Of a DNA stretch of 64,000 nucleotides, positions 1 to 13,334 are shown one piece after another; within the stretch, counting starts at the first letter, position 1, and each line of letters begins with the position of its first letter. This DNA comes from Chiloscyllium plagiosum (lineage: Eukaryota). Location of the stretch: the NCBI RefSeq assembly GCF_004010195.1, contig NC_057728.1:43493989-43557988 (forward strand), read 5' to 3'. A program made the translations under genes and the position numbers. The notes below the pieces were generated by a model. That model was given only the letters and a program-made list of their open reading frames with translations, searched no databases and was not told the origin of the DNA.

Positions 1-329
1 TTACAGTCCCTCAGTGTGACAAGCATTGATAAGCAATGAGATTGCAATGAGAGTACATATGTCAATGCTTTCTGAAAAGATTTGCTCACAATACAATAGG
101 GCATTAATGCATGGGAGGTGGAGTGTTATTCATCAGGATGGTGACATCAGTGGAGGCAGAGGACATGGACCCTGGGTAAACTGCAACAGGGTAGACTGTC
201 ACTGATGATGGGGTGGCTTTGGAGTCCTGTAAAGTGCTTACTGTCATTCATCATTCCTTTGACCATTAGCAAGCTATACAGAGTAGATTGTTGTTGCCAG
301 AAGAAGTTTCAGATTAAGGGTCATGAGCC

Positions 330-1100
330 ATCCTCACGGTTGATGGAACCATTGTTTCACTTAAATCAGGTCCCTCCAGCAGATACTGAGGTAGAGGAGG
401 AAGAAATTAGACTTTTTAGTTCACTTCTCAGCTCAATTAATCTATTGTCATATCAGGACACTTCAATTTTATTCCATTGTATTCTCCATCAGTGCAAATA
501 AACTCACATCAGTTGGTTTTGTTGTATATGTACAGATGAGGCATGACCTGCTGAACGTAACCGAGATGAACAGAAGGAAATAACAAAGGCAAAAACTGTT
601 GTGGCCTCAGAGAAATGAGGAAAGGCCCAACCACACTCAGCTTCATGTAGATGAGGGACCTCAGGTACTATCAACAAAGCAGAAGTTTAAGGAGCAGCTT
701 AAAATGTGTGAACATCTGTGAAGTTTCCATAGGCATTATATTCCCATCCACAAACATTGTAGATGTCCATCTATGCCATGAGTGGTGCCATGTTTCCACA
801 TGACATTGAGAGGGGACAACACTTCTGATGAGATAAATGGACTATAGAACTGTGTGAATGTAATGCTGCACACAGACCTCCACAGCATGGCATCTTTCTT
901 GGTGATAAGTATGTGGGATGGTCCAGTTACTCATCTTCCTTTTGCAACGGGTGACTCAGGGGTGCAAGGGAACAAGTAGAAGAGCTGTGAAAGGGCAGGC
1001 TGAAAGCAACAATGGTCTCTTTCAAGGCACTTTAATCTTGGAAGATGGATCCTTAACTTCTCTGATGATAACAACAAACATCAATGCTGATCCAATGATT
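330..1100 (+). mobile_element. Possible degenerate 3' part of a Harbinger accessory (Myb/SANT) gene
   Basis: Weak resemblance to shark Harbinger accessory-gene tails (ccagcagatact; MCEHL...AMSGAM) and convergent with the transposase remnant at 1990-2740. Confidence 0.3.
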
Positions 1101-1479
1101 GTATCAATCCTGCACAGATACAGATGGCATTAATTTGTCAGGGTCATGCATCATAGGGTGCTAACCACAGCCATCTCATTAATAAGAACAAAAATAGGTT
1201 GATGGCGACCATCACACCAACTATAGGTGTAGGGAAAGTATACCATAAAATTTACAGTAAGTCAACATTTAAATGCATGGCAAGGTACTCGGTATTTCAC
1301 TTGATGATAATTACTTGTTCAATGCAAAGGACTTTAATGTGCTGAAAATTAAAAGTCTTGTGATATAACTGATAATGACTTGTGAATATTGACAATGGCT
1401 ACATGTGCTGGATACTGTGCAAAGGTGAATGCCTTACAATGCATGTTGACAGAAAACCTTGACATATGCTATGAAATTT

Positions 1480-1735
1480 ATGATCGGACTTGACGAGGTA
1501 GATTCTGAGAGATTTCTCTTTAAGGATAATCTGGAACAAATTTCTTAGTAAGGCGCAGATTGTTTAAGACTGAGATGAGGGGAATTTTTTTAACGACCTG
1601 TGAACCTTTGGAATTCCCTACCCGAGACAGCTGAGGGCAGCAGGTGAGAAGTGAAGCCCTAGATCAGACACAATCATCTTGAATGGTAGCATAAGATTAA
1701 CACATAATGTGGTCTGCTGTTCCTCCTACTTCTTA
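1480..1735 (+). mobile_element. Old CR1 LINE 3' fragment
   Basis: Degenerate CR1 ORF2 C-terminus (GLDEVDSERF, tgtgaacctttggaattccct) followed by a CR1-type 3' UTR. Confidence 0.6.
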
Positions 1736-1989
1736 GAGAGTTGGTAAGGGTATCTTTTAAAAGGTCACCAAAACTGCCTCTGCAAGAGAACCTCTTGTTT
1801 CAATGGGACCTTACTCTGACCTCATGTAATGGATTTGCTGATCAGAGAGTTGTATAGTCTCCTTTCTACACATAATGTTGTCTGGTGCATGGGCACTACA
1901 TTCCAGCTCCATTAATCATGTGACAACACCTTATAGTCATGTTCCTCTGTTCTCCACTCAGTGTCTTCCTCTGGTTCCAGCATTAGTTC

Positions 1990-2740
1990 TTACTACAGCA
2001 TGAGGTTTTGTAATAGGTAACAGATAATAAACTTGTGGGATGTCTTTGAAGGCTTCTTTCAGATGTATTATGGCATTTAAACCTTCTCTGTAGGAGTTAA
2101 ATAGACTGTTTACTGCCATTTGTACTTTTAGGACAGCAATTTCATTTATCCTGTGCTGTGGGATTGTGAGTTAGGAAACCCCATGTCCTTGAGGATACAG
2201 CCACATAGGCATTCATATGGAAGAATTTGAATTGGTTTAAGAAGGTATGAGTTGCTCTTGCTTCCCAGAAATTTGCAACATAACTGCATGATATGCTTAT
2301 AGTAGTTACAGATGATTTGAACATTCAAGGAATGTTCACAAATACATCTAGTTGCACTGAGGGAGACTTGACAGCCATATGAATATAGTCAATTATCTCC
2401 AGCAACTAAGGAATTCCGGTCAAGGCCTTGAGGCCAACTTCCTTCTCAATTTCTGGCTTGATTGATCATCAACCTGATGTTTTGGTCAGCCTGACAGTAC
2501 GTGGTTTTTAGTGATTAGACAATGATTGAGAGACACCAAATAATAATTCCTGGAAGAAATTGGATTAAAAAGGTGAATACCATACCCTTTTAAAGCTAAA
2601 GTCATTAGCTGTCTGTCATTTTCCAATGGCATCAACTCCTGCCCAAGCATGTCACATAGCTCCACCACCAACCTGGAGAGATGCATTTAATGTCGACATT
2701 GATGCTGGGACATTTCAATGAAGCTGAGTGTCTGACAGTA
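1990..2740 (-). pseudogene. PIF/Harbinger DDE transposase remnant (HARBI1-like)
   Basis: Motifs in the expected order: LSFIEMSQHQCRH*MHLSRLVVELCDML...; HSLNVQIICNYYKHIMQLCCKFLGSKSNSYLL (cf. HSLNVQxVCD...FPGSxHD); GCILKDMGFP (cf. GWLLGDKGYP); RFKC; FIICYLLQNL. Contains stops and frameshifts. Confidence 0.75.
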
Positions 2741-2879
2741 TATTCTTTAGTGTTGGAACACCTTCTGAAACCATGAGGCTGCTCTGCTCTTTTGCAACCA
2801 CGCATAATCCTTGTTCACTCCATTGGCTCCTTCAATTTCTTGGGCCCTGCAAAATGTTATCTTGATAGGAGGAAGGGGG

Positions 2880-3640
2880 GTGGGGTTTTAGAGTATTTCT
2901 TGAATGGTGAGAGACTGGAAAATATTGCTGTTCAAAGGGACCTAGACATTCTTGTTCATAAGTCAGTGAAAGCTAGCAAGCAGATGTAGCAAGCAATCCA
3001 GAAGGCAAGTGGTTTGCTAGCCTTAATTGCAGATGGATTTGAATACAGAAACAAAGAAGTCTTGCTTCAGTTGTATAGAACACTGGTTAGACAGTACCTA
3101 GAGTACCGAGTACCTTTCTGGTGCACTTTTCTAAAGAAGGATATACTTATTATAAAAAGGGTGCAATGGAGTTTAACCAGACTGATCCTTTGGATGGCGG
3201 GACTGACCTACGAGTCAAGATTAAGGAAAGTGGGCACATTTAGTTGAATGAAAGGCAATCTCATACAAATTTACAAAATTTTTAAAATAGACTAGCAAGT
3301 AGATGCAGAAAGGATGTTTCCTCTGGTTATGAGCGTTATTGCTGGGGGCAAATATCAGAATAAAATGTAAGCCATTTAGCACTGATATGAGGAGGAACAT
3401 CTTCACTGAGACAGTGATAAAACCTTTGGAATTCCTTTTCCCAGGGGACTGTGGAAATTCAGTTAATAAGTAAGTTCAAAAACAAACTTGATAGATTTTT
3501 AGTTATTAGGGACAATAAGGGATAATTTGTATAGAGTGGGAATATGGAATTGAGTTAGATAATTAGCCATAACCCAGAATGACAAAACAGGTTTGAAGGC
3601 TGAATGGTCTATTCCTGTTCCCATGTTTCTATGTTTTTAT
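2880..3640 (+). mobile_element. CR1 LINE 3' end, degenerate
   Basis: EYFLNGERL..QRDL, LLQLYRTLVRQYLEY.VPFW motifs; ends in a tgtttctatg tail. Confidence 0.85.
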
Positions 3641-3829
3641 ACTATGTGACTGGATCTTTGTCACTCTGAAAATAATGCAATTTCAAGACTCCACCTGCCA
3701 TCCTTAATTAGACTGGGAACCTGTCTCCATGACAATTAAAGCAGCAATCCAGACAAAATTTCAAACAGTGACTGCTTGGCATTAAGACAAAGGCTTGGCT
3801 CCTGTTTTTATTGCAAAAGTAAAAAATCA

Positions 3830-4042
3830 GCCAAAATCCTTCTCCAAATCACACACTATCCTAACTTGGAAATATCCCTCCTCTTCTCCAGTGTTTCTGG
3901 ATGCTGAATTCCCTATACAGTTGCACTATGGGATTACTTACATTACAAGGGTGCAGCAGTTTAAGAATCACCAACACCTTCTCAGGGACAATTAGAGGCA
4001 GGCTGGTCAATGACATTGACATTTCATGAATACATTAAAAAA
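3830..4042 (+). mobile_element. LINE (CR1/L2 clade) 3' end
   Basis: Similar to 9780-10000 (cacc..ccttctcagggacaattag, catgaa..aattaaa tail). Confidence 0.55.
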
Positions 4043-4544
4043 TACATTTGTTCCCTGCAATATCCTAATGTTTGAACCACAGAGTATTCAAATGTGGCTT
4101 TCACATTCAATGAATGCAATTTTGAAATTATCCATTGATTTCTAAAACTGAAACTGGTTTTACTGTTGTTAAATGTGCAAAGAAAAATTATTGAAATATT
4201 AGATGCTACACAAATGACGTCTGCAATATCTTTGTAAGTACTGATAGATGATGTCTCAATAAACTAGCATATAAGTGGCCATAACAGATTTCACAGTTTA
4301 GGTTCAAAGGAAACATTACAAACAAATACAACTGCCTATTATCAATACCCATTTGATTCTACTGTTGGTGGTACAATATGTTGCTGCGATCACACGTTGG
4401 TAGCAGTGAAGCTTGGTTAGAGTCTATTGAATATAACTCAAAATTTGGTGACATTTCATGAAATTGTCCTCTAAGCCAGACGGTATGTGGTAAAATAAAG
4501 TCAAAATTAGTCTAACCGAAGAGAATTGTGTTTAAACTTGTTAC

Positions 4545-4619
4545 CTCCTGGTTAGCAGCTGCCAATTCCTCTTCCAGTGTGGAAACCCTCTCCAGAGCAA
4601 TTCGTAGGCGTTCCCTCAC
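4545..4619 (-). CDS. PPFIA2: Liprin-alpha coding exon, VRERLRIALERVSTLEEELAAANQE
   Basis: 75 nt, tgaag|GTG acceptor and GAG|gtaac donor, phase 0. Continues ...ALDEK|VRERLR; EEELAAANQE is PPFIA2-like. Confidence 0.93.
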
Positions 4620-7362
4620 CTTCAGACAAAAGACAACAGATTTGTATAAATTGTAGGCATTTTCTTGTGCAAATGCATCGTAGTGCTACTTATTGAACTA
4701 ATGTAGTTCAACATTATGGTTCCGTAAGTGATTAATTAGGTCCAATGTTACTGCTGAGTAAGTCATCCAAATTTCTCAGTTTAGTCCACTTTTGCCTCTG
4801 TCTTGGGTATCTTCTAATTCTGTACTGATGCATTCAGTACACTTCAGGTTCAGCTGTTTCTTTGTTAAACTAAGCACAATACTGCAATATTCCAACCTGG
4901 TAACGCAGCAATATTTAGTTTAAACTGTTGGGATTTAAACTAGCACTCAAATTTGTCAAGCATGTATCTAACCGAACGGCATTCAATGGAAAATATAACT
5001 TCTCCAATGCAAGTTTTTCCTTTATAAGTATTGAGAGTAAAAAAATTGAATTCAACTACCTAATTATGGTTATCTCATAACATGCAAATAGTATGGTAAG
5101 GATCAAGTTGTGAGGTTGACAATCAAACACTATTGGTTGGATTTTCACCACAGAGGCAGGAAAAAGGAACTGGGTCAAAAACATGCCTCTTGTAGTAAAC
5201 TGAATAAAGTTGAGATTCCATGAGGTGTGAACCCTTAACTAATATGAAGATGTATTTCCTGTTCAAAAAGACTGTGTGACAGGAATGGAGATGGGTTAGA
5301 AGAAGTATGTCACTGATTTGGACTCCCATGGCAGCCATAACTGCTGATTGCTCTGAGAAAGAAGTTTTCAAATTATGCTGAAATTTTCCACAGCATGAAA
5401 ACGAGTCACGATGTCAGTGAAGAGTTGGTTACCTAAATTCTGAAGCAGGGCTTCCTCTCTCTTCATTGATGCCAAACTGGATCTAATGTCAGAAACTGTG
5501 AAGGAGGGCAGTCTTGTCCAGAAAGGCCCGGTGCAAAACACTGAGAATATCACGGGGCATCTTCCCTCTGTCATTGTCCACTGTTTTCCTATATTTATAC
5601 TGTATACTTGAGGACACTTTAAGCCATCTTCTGGAACTACGATTAACATCTCCATGATAAGTAAAATGGCATGAGATAGTCAAAGAGATGATGGATACTT
5701 TTCAGTGAGGTTAAGGTGACTGGCCAGATGAGCTTCCTTTCATTGTGCTAAATGACTGTATATTCCAAGCTGCATTTTACACGTATGTGTTAATATGTAT
5801 CTCAAACTCCCTTTCATGCTACACTCCTCAACCTGGGTCAGAGGGACTCAGCTGAAATGTTGCTGAATCAGGAGATCCTTAATTAATTTATGTTCAATAT
5901 CATCCTCCACTTTTATTTCGTCCTCCTCTCTCAAATCTTCTTCTTCCACTAATGAGCTCTCTTTTAAATTTTAAACTCCTTCTTTCAGGGCATGACTTTC
6001 CTTGAGGTCCACAGCTCTGTGAACAGCCTTCTCAGAAAAGATGCAGCCCAAAGTGACAGAGCATGACCTTTTTGGAGGGTGCCATCAGACCTGTCCAGAT
6101 GCCATATCTTCAGAAGCTTGTACAATGGTTGTCCTACTGAGAAGGTGATATTGGCTAAATTGCCTCTATATCACTGTTTGAAGATTTCCAGAGAGATAAG
6201 TAGTCATGTCTTCAAAGGCTATTCCTTGTCCCCTAGGAACTGACCACACAATTTTGTCGTAATAATTTTGAGGCAGTGTTGAATGGTAGAGGATGCCAGG
6301 AAAGTGAGTGCATAAAGATAAGAAGCTGCTATAGTTGTCTTAGAATGCTGAGGAAATGGAAGCCCTTCCTGTTGATGAATCTGAGTAGGCAGTTACAAGG
6401 TACTGTGATGCCCACATTGATTGCACCTATATTGCATTGCATCTAAACAATAGAACCGAATGTTTTATGTCCCTGTGAGTATCTGATTTTTTTGGGCTAC
6501 CAGTATTTTGAATTTCTCTCTTTTCATTTCTTACCTTTTCTTTCCTTTAATTCTCCTTTTTTTCTTTTAACTTTTAAGCAAAAGAGCAGAAGTTATTGGT
6601 CCATTGTCTTACATAACTGCAATGAATAATAATATGATACACAGATTCAAGATTTAGGGCATCAACAAACCAAAAAAAGTATTTTGCAAAATAGGTCAGG
6701 TATGCACTTATGACATTTCAGAAGGTATACAAATGCTATTTCATTTGGAAATGAGGTCCACTAGTTACAGCGTAAAAATATAGCCAATTATTGGTCTGTT
6801 TTCAAACTATTTTAAGACACACAGGCTATCAACCTGTTATTTTTACCTGTATTTTAGTTTTTGTAAATTATTTCATGAGCTGTGGGAAAAATTGCATAGG
6901 GTTTTCCCAATCTCCTGTCATAACTTTAACAGAAACCTTGGCAAAACATTGTTCTTCCATTGAGAACCTGCACAAAAAATGTGAGGCAATTGTTTCTAAA
7001 TCTATTTACGAAATCATTCAAATGAATGCATCGAGAAGAACATTGTGTAAGGTATAGGACAACTGAAGTAGAAATAACCCTACACCTAACCCAATTAAGC
7101 AGCTACTTGCTGTATAAATTAAGCAAGATATACTCAAAAGATCTGGATGCTAAATCTAAAACTAAGAGAAAACTCTTTAATTTTAGCTTATAGGTCAGCT
7201 AAAACTGAACTACAATTGTCACTATGCTATGTCTTAATATAATGTAAGAGGCCATAGTCCACAGAGGACAAGAGGCATCTGTGTCCATTAGAGAAAGACA
7301 ATTGATTATGTACAGCCTGAGGGTAACAACTACATAAATATAATGTGGACTGGGGTGGATGA

Positions 7363-7450
7363 AGTCAAAAATCACACGACACCAGGTTATAGTGCAACAG
7401 GTTTGTTTGAAACTGCAAGCTCTCGAAGTCCCCACTCCTTCCTCAGGCAG
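7363..7450 (-). mobile_element. Penelope-like terminal repeat fragment with degenerate hammerhead motif
   Basis: Minus strand reads CTGAGGA-aggag-tgggga-cttc-GAGA-gctt followed by aaacctgttgcactataacctggtgtcgtgtg, resembling a shark Penelope pLTR end. Confidence 0.55.
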
Positions 7451-8065
7451 ACATCAATATGTGGCAAGGTGAGAAGGTTGGGCTTCTGTGAGGTAACACT
7501 GCCTTATCAGTATGCGGATTGAAGCTACCCTGTTCATTTTATTCTTCACATCCTAGCCATTGAGCCAACAGAGTTAATCGATCCTGTCTTAACTTTAGAC
7601 AAAGAAAAGCAATTATCAGTTTCTATGTGCTCATCATGTGTGTACAGCTCACAGTACTGTATAAGTATACGTGTGCATGAATAAAGTTAGAGAATTTTAA
7701 ACTCACATCTCCTGGCTCCAATGCTTTGTGTTAGGGAGCAAAGAAATTTCTTCCCCTTAGAAAGTTCAGTAAGAAAACCTGGAGAGAGCAAGCATTTGCA
7801 GCAGATGCAAAAGCTACCTAGCACATAGGTAGATGGTTACGGTTATACAATGGTAATCAGCTCAGTAACAGAACATCACTGCAGGAGTTTTTCAAGGTAG
7901 TTTTATGCCTAACTACTTCATCAATGACCTTTCTTCCATCATAAAGTCAGTTCGGTGATGAATGGACAATATTAAACACCAATCTCGACTCTACAGGAAG
8001 GACATGACTGAACTGGAGAGGGAGCAAAGAGGGTAGTTGATTTAAAAGCTAAATGAGAGACCTTG

Positions 8066-8570
8066 TAGTAGTTCTGGATGTAGGTTTGCTTGCTGAACTG
8101 AGAGGTTCATTTCCAGATATTTCATCACCCTACTAGGTAACATCTTCAGTGGGCCTCAGGGGAAGCAGTGTACATGATTCCTGCTTTCTATTTATATATT
8201 TGGGTTTCTTTGGATTGGTGATTTTATTTCCTGTGGTGATGTCATTTCATGTTCTTTTTCTCAGGGGGTTGGTAGATGGGGTCTAACTCTATGTGTTTGT
8301 TGATAGAGTTCCGGTTGGAGTGGCATGCTTCTAGGAATTCTCGTGCGTGTCTCTGTTTGGCTTGTCCTAAGATGGATGTGTTGTCCCAGTCGAAGTGGTG
8401 TCCTTTCTCATCTGTATGTAAGGATACTAGTGAGAGAGGGTCAGGTTGTTTTGTGGCTAGTTGGTGTTAATTTTTCCTGGTGGTTAGTTTTCTGCCTGAT
8501 TTTCCAATGTAGTGTTTGTTACAGTTCTTGCGCGGTATTTTTGGAAATAACATTAGTTTTGCTTGTTGCA
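8066..8570 (-). mobile_element. Penelope-like element 3' end (GIY-YIG C-terminus plus pLTR)
   Basis: Homologous to 10048-10685. Encodes HYIG...HHFDWDNTSILGQAKQRHAREFLEA; hammerhead-like CTGAAGA...GAAA at about 8113-8152. Confidence 0.85.
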
Positions 8571-8629
8571 AAATTCTATACTTTTAATTGTTAGCCTTGA
8601 CAGAAATCATAACAGATGGTTTATAATTA

Positions 8630-8790
8630 GAATCAATATAGAATCATAGAATCCCTACAGTGCAGATATTCATCCCATACACCGACTTGCTGAAGAGCAT
8701 TCCACTCTATCTCTGTAATTCCACACGTTCCCTGGTTAACCCACCTAGACTGCACACTATGGGGCAATATAGCATAGTCAATCCATTAAT
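8630..8790 (-). mobile_element. HE1-like SINE 3' fragment
   Basis: aatcatagaatccctacagtg tail and ggcaatatagcatagtcaatcca core shared with the SINEs at 43352 and 50978. Confidence 0.65.
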
Positions 8791-8859
8791 ACTTCAATCA
8801 GTCCAAATCCTCTACAGTACAAGACCAAAATATTGTTGTTATTGAAAAATAATAATAAG

Positions 8860-9270
8860 GGGAAAGTGATGATATTGATACAGAATTGGATTAATTACAG
8901 GAAGCAGAAGGTGGTAATGGATTGATTTCTTTTCACCAAGTGTCAGTTTTGGATACATTACTCTTTTCAGTTATTATGAATACCATTTATAAACTAACAT
9001 ATCAGGAAGCATTATTAAGCTTGCTGATCATATAAAAGTTAGTAAACAAGGCAATGGTGATATTTGTAGACTTCAGAATAAAAGCCATAATGATTCAATA
9101 AGCAGAAACAGATAAGTAGCATACAATACAAAGCAGTGTGTGATAAATTTACTTTGGAAAAAACAATATGGAAATAGAACATACAATAAATAGTCATTTT
9201 GAAAAGTGCAGATGTTTCAATGTTTCTAAGCAAATTCTTAAAGTGACAGGGCCAGTTGTTAAACTTGATT
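8860..9270 (+). mobile_element. Very old CR1 RT fragment
   Basis: Degenerate WIQNW..RKQ.VV, KLADH (cf. KFADD) and WQI.YN..KC motifs. Confidence 0.5.
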
Positions 9271-9283
9271 AAAAGTACATATG

Positions 9284-9480
9284 CTGAAAATGTGTTGCTG
9301 GAAAAGCGCAGCAGGTCAGGCAGCATCCAAGGAACAGGAGAATCGACGTTTCGGGCATAAGAAGGGCTTATGCCCGAAACGTCGATTCTCCTGTTCTTTG
9401 GATGCTGCCTGACCTGCTGCGCTTTTCCAGCAACACATTTTCAGCTCCGATCTCCAGCATCTGCAGTCCTCACTTTCTCC
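9284..9480 (+). mobile_element. Fold-back (palindromic) Penelope pLTR mini-insert
   Basis: Near-perfect inverted repeat of about 77 bp centred near 9360, flanked by a 14-bp TSD TAAAAGTACATATG (9270-9283 and 9481-9494). Confidence 0.85.
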
Positions 9481-9514
9481 TAAAAGTACATATGGGTTAC
9501 CATAATTGTTAGGG

Positions 9515-10000
9515 AGGAGAATATGGACTGTTGCTCAAGAAGTTTGATACCATCCAGGACAAAGCAGACTGATTGATTAGCACTCCATCGACAATTTAAA
9601 TATTCACTCCCTCCATCATGACACACATTGACAGCAGGTGTGTACCACCTACAAGATACATCACAGCAACACAACAAGGCACCCTAGACAGCATCTTTCA
9701 AAGCTTCAACTTCTACCACCTAGAAAGACAAGAGCAACAGATGCATGGGAATACCACCACTATCACCTGCAAATTCACCTTCAAACCACACACCAAACTG
9801 ACTTGGAACAATTTTGCCAGTGTTTTACTGTTGCTAGCTTTAAACACTGAAATGTCCTCCTTAACATCACTATATATGTATGATGACAGCAGTGTTTCAA
9901 AAAGGCAGCTCACAACCACCTTCTCAAGGGCAACAAGGAATGGGCAATACATGTTAACTGAGCCAACAACACCCTCATTCCATGAAAGGAAAATTAAATG
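9515..10000 (+). mobile_element. LINE (CR1/L2 clade) 3' end
   Basis: Degenerate ORF2 C-terminus (KKFDTIQDKA.., IHSLHH.H, CTTYKIHHSN); same tail as 3830-4042. Confidence 0.7.
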
Positions 10001-10047
10001 AAAGAACTCCAGTTATGAGAAGAGCTTTGAAAAGTTAAGATTTTTCT

Positions 10048-10685
10048 AGCAGGTTTTGAGAAGATTTGTAGCTCAGGTTAAGGTTCTGCCTGTAGGTTTG
10101 CTCGCTGAACTGGAAGGTTCATTTTCAGATGTTTTGTCACCATACTAGGTAACATCTTCAGTGAGCTTCTGGAAGAAGCGCTGCAGATGTTTCCTGCTTT
10201 CTATTTATATGTTTAGGTTTCCTTGGTTGGTGATTTCATTTCCTGCGGTCACGTCATTTCCTATGGTGATGTAATTTCCTGTTCTTTTTCTCAGGGGTTG
10301 GTTAAAGGGGTCCAAGTCAATGTGTTTGTTAATAGAGTTAAGGTTGGAATGCCATGCTTCTAAGAATTCTCATGTGTGCCTCTGTTTGGCTTGTCCTAGG
10401 ATGGATGTGTTGTCCCAATCAAAGTGGTGTCCTTCCTTATCTATAAGCAAGGATACTAGTGAGAGAGGGTCATGTCATTTTGTGGCTCGTTGATATTCAT
10501 GTATCCTGGTGGCTAGGTTCCTGCCTGTTTGTCCAATGTAGTGTTTGTTACGGTCCTTGCATGGTATTTTATAAGTGACATTAGTTTTACTTGTTGTCTG
10601 TATAGGGTCTTTCAGATTCATTCGCAGCTGTTTTAGTTTGTTGGTGGGTTTGTGGGCTACCATGATGCCAAGAGGTCTGAGGAAC
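10048..10685 (-). mobile_element. Penelope-like element 3' end with GIY-YIG endonuclease
   Basis: ORF 10475-10714 contains NVTYKIPCKDRNKHYIGQTGRNLATRIHEYQRATK (GIY-YIG). The pLTR has a mutated hammerhead at about 10123-10163. Confidence 0.9.
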
Positions 10686-10744
10686 CATCCTGTGTGAGTC
10701 TGTCTGTGCCACAATGGTCACAATCTTACTAATAGCCCAGTACT

Positions 10745-12250
10745 ACTTATTCATGCTACTCCTTCCAAAGTGAATCACTCACCTCACACTTTTCTGCATT
10801 AAACTCCATTTGCCACCTCTCAGCCCAGCTGTGCAGCTTATCTATGTCCATCTGTAACCTGCAACATCCTTCTGCACTGTCCACAACTCCACTGACTTTA
10901 GAGTCATCTGCATGTTTACAAACCATCCTGTTATGCCCTCATCCAGGTCATTTATGAAAATGACAAAGAGCAGCGGCCCCAAAACAGATCCTTGCAGTAC
11001 ACCACTAGTAACTGAACTCCAGGATGAACATTTCCCATCAACCACCACCCTCGGTCTTCTTACAGCTAGCCAATTGCTGATCCAAATCGCTAAATCACTC
11101 TTAGCCCCATGCCTCTGTATTTTCTGCACTAGCCTACCATGGGGAATCTTATTAAACACTTTTCTGAAATCCATATACATCACATCAATTGTTTTACCCT
11201 CATCCACCTGTTTGGTCCCCTTCTCAAAGAATTCAATAAGGTTTGCGAGGTACAACCTATCTTTCACAAAACTGTGTTGACTATCCCTAATCAAATTATT
11301 CCTTTCTAGATGATTATAAATCCTCTAGTGGTGTTCCGCAAGGATCTGTTTTGGGACCATTGCTGTTTGTCATTTTTATAAATGACCTGGAGGAGGGGCT
11401 AGAAGGTTGGGTGAGCAAGTTTGCAGATGATACGAAAGTCGGTGGAGTTGTTGACAGTGAGGAAGGATGTGTCAGGTTACAGTGGGATATAGATAAGCTA
11501 CAGAGCTGGGCAGAAAGGTGGCAAATGGAGTTCAATGTAGCTAAGTGTGAGGTGATTCACTTTGGTAAGAGTAATGCGGCTGCATCTGGAGTATTGTGTG
11601 CAGTTTTTGTCGCCATACTATAGGAAGGATGTGGGGGCACTGGAACGGGTGCAGAGGAGGTTTACCGGGATGTTGCCTGGTATGGTAGGAAGTTCGTATG
11701 AGGAAAGGCTGAGGCACTTGGGGCTGTTTTCATTGGAGAAAAGAAGGTTTAGGGGTGACTTGATAGAGGTGTACAAGGTGATTAGGGGTTTAGATAGGGT
11801 TGACCATGAGAACCTTTTTCCATGTATGGAGTCAGCTATAAAGAGGGGCATACTTTAAATTAAGGGGTGGTAGGTTTACGACAGATGTTAGGGGTAGATT
11901 TTTTACTCAGCGAGTCGTGAGTTCATGGAATGCCCTGCCAGTAGCAGTGGTGGACTCTCCCTCTTTATGGGCATTTAAATGGGCATTGGATAGGCATATG
12001 GAGGATAGTGGGCTAGTGTAGGTTAGGTGGGCTTGGATCGGCGCAACATCGAGGGCCAAAGGGCCTGTACTGCGCTGTATTTTTTTCTATGTTTCTTTTC
12101 TTTCTTTCTCCTATAATCCTTTCCAACATTTTACCCATACTGAGATAAGGCTCACGGTCTATAATTACCAAGGTTGTCTCTACTCCCCTTCTTGAACAAG
12201 GGGACAACATTTGCTATCCTCCAGACTTCTGGCACTATTTCTGTAGACAT
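10745..12250 (-). mobile_element. CR1 LINE RT fragment (split by a + strand CR1 at 11326-12100)
   Basis: ORF 10842-11294 has [39 protein letters not shown]. Sequence resumes at about 12106 (ctataatcctttccaac). Confidence 0.9.
11326..12100 (+). mobile_element. Young 5'-truncated CR1 LINE
   Basis: [26 protein letters not shown], internal deletion near 11575, ttctatg tail. Near-identical to the reverse complement of 54525-54812. Confidence 0.92.
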
Positions 12251-13334
12251 GTATTCCTATGGAAGGGCATCTCCATTACATGATTCTATGAACCTGCACT
12301 ATGAAGGATCTGCCAGATTTAAAATACGCTCTGCATCTCTGAAGGGGTACAGATTAGATCACCTCTCAGAAATTAGAGCTCTTTCTTAATACAAAAAAGT
12401 AGCAAAGTGGCAATCCGTGTGTGATTTTCACTTGTTCAAAATCTGGCTCAGTTTCTCTTAAAGAACCAGTACAGGCATGATAGCCCAAATATTCCCCTTC
12501 GGTGTGTATTTTTTTAATGATCTCATGACACCAGAAATCAAACCTAAGTGACACAAAAATTGACAAAATCATAACTGGAAATTTCTAAAAATCTTTGCAA
12601 ACATTTCAAATTTACAAAAAATGGACTAAACAATATTACCAATTCAGTTCACTTTAAGAAGTTACTTTACTCTTAGTTAACTGAAACTGTAAATTGCAAC
12701 AAACAGGATCATTAATATTGGCTGGTTGACAGTAACAGAATAATTTCAACTCTGCCGGAAGATTAGAACCTGGCATCACACAAATCTACTGCATAAGCCA
12801 AGAAAGCAAACTTCACAAATAAAATATGTGCAGTTCCAACTTGAATCTGGAAAGAAAGTGGCAGGAGATTAAATCAGCTGAAACTCAAAATTATACTGTT
12901 CAACAACAATGCATTTGATGTTCTGAAAGCTACATTCAGTCCACAAAGCTGTTATCTTATTCTGTAAGTGGTGGAAGAGATAACTCACTGCCAACGATCT
13001 AACTAAACAGTTGCATGGGTTAAGAATTTTAAAAAGAGAATTGTTCCTTCATGTGTTGGCTCTTGCAAAATCATAAATGATGCCTTTCTTCATGAAAAGA
13101 CAAAAAGATATGCTAAAATCAGCACAGTTTCAAACCAACAACCACTTTATTTATGTATGATTCATATACTAAGACAAAATAATTTGCAGAGTGAGATCAC
13201 CTTTATTATGTTCCTCAGTTATAAATATATTAAAATAAGACATATAACTCCTTCAGGATTGTGTCATCTTGCTTCTGAAGAAAACCGATCAGATCTTTAA
13301 AATACAATAAATCTCTGTTGGTAGGTCGTAATAA

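Noticed and set aside
5123..5655. Possible additional Harbinger transposase relic (TRFHAVENFS, VFLNRKYIF)
   Set aside because: Similarity too weak to support by eye; needs a profile search.
9284..9480. Recurrent palindromic ~200-bp units as a CRISPR array, MITE or miRNA gene
   Set aside because: Dispersed, no repeat-spacer periodicity, asymmetric arms, variable long TSDs, and closely similar to the terminus of the Penelope RT element at 30390-32250.
10745..12100. Twin-priming inversion of a single CR1
   Set aside because: The minus-strand CR1 resumes at about 12106 and the two pieces overlap in RT coordinates, so this is one CR1 inserted into another.
12400..13330. Repeat-free AT-rich island as a conserved enhancer
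   Set aside because: Conservation cannot be assessed from one sequence and no diagnostic motif was seen.
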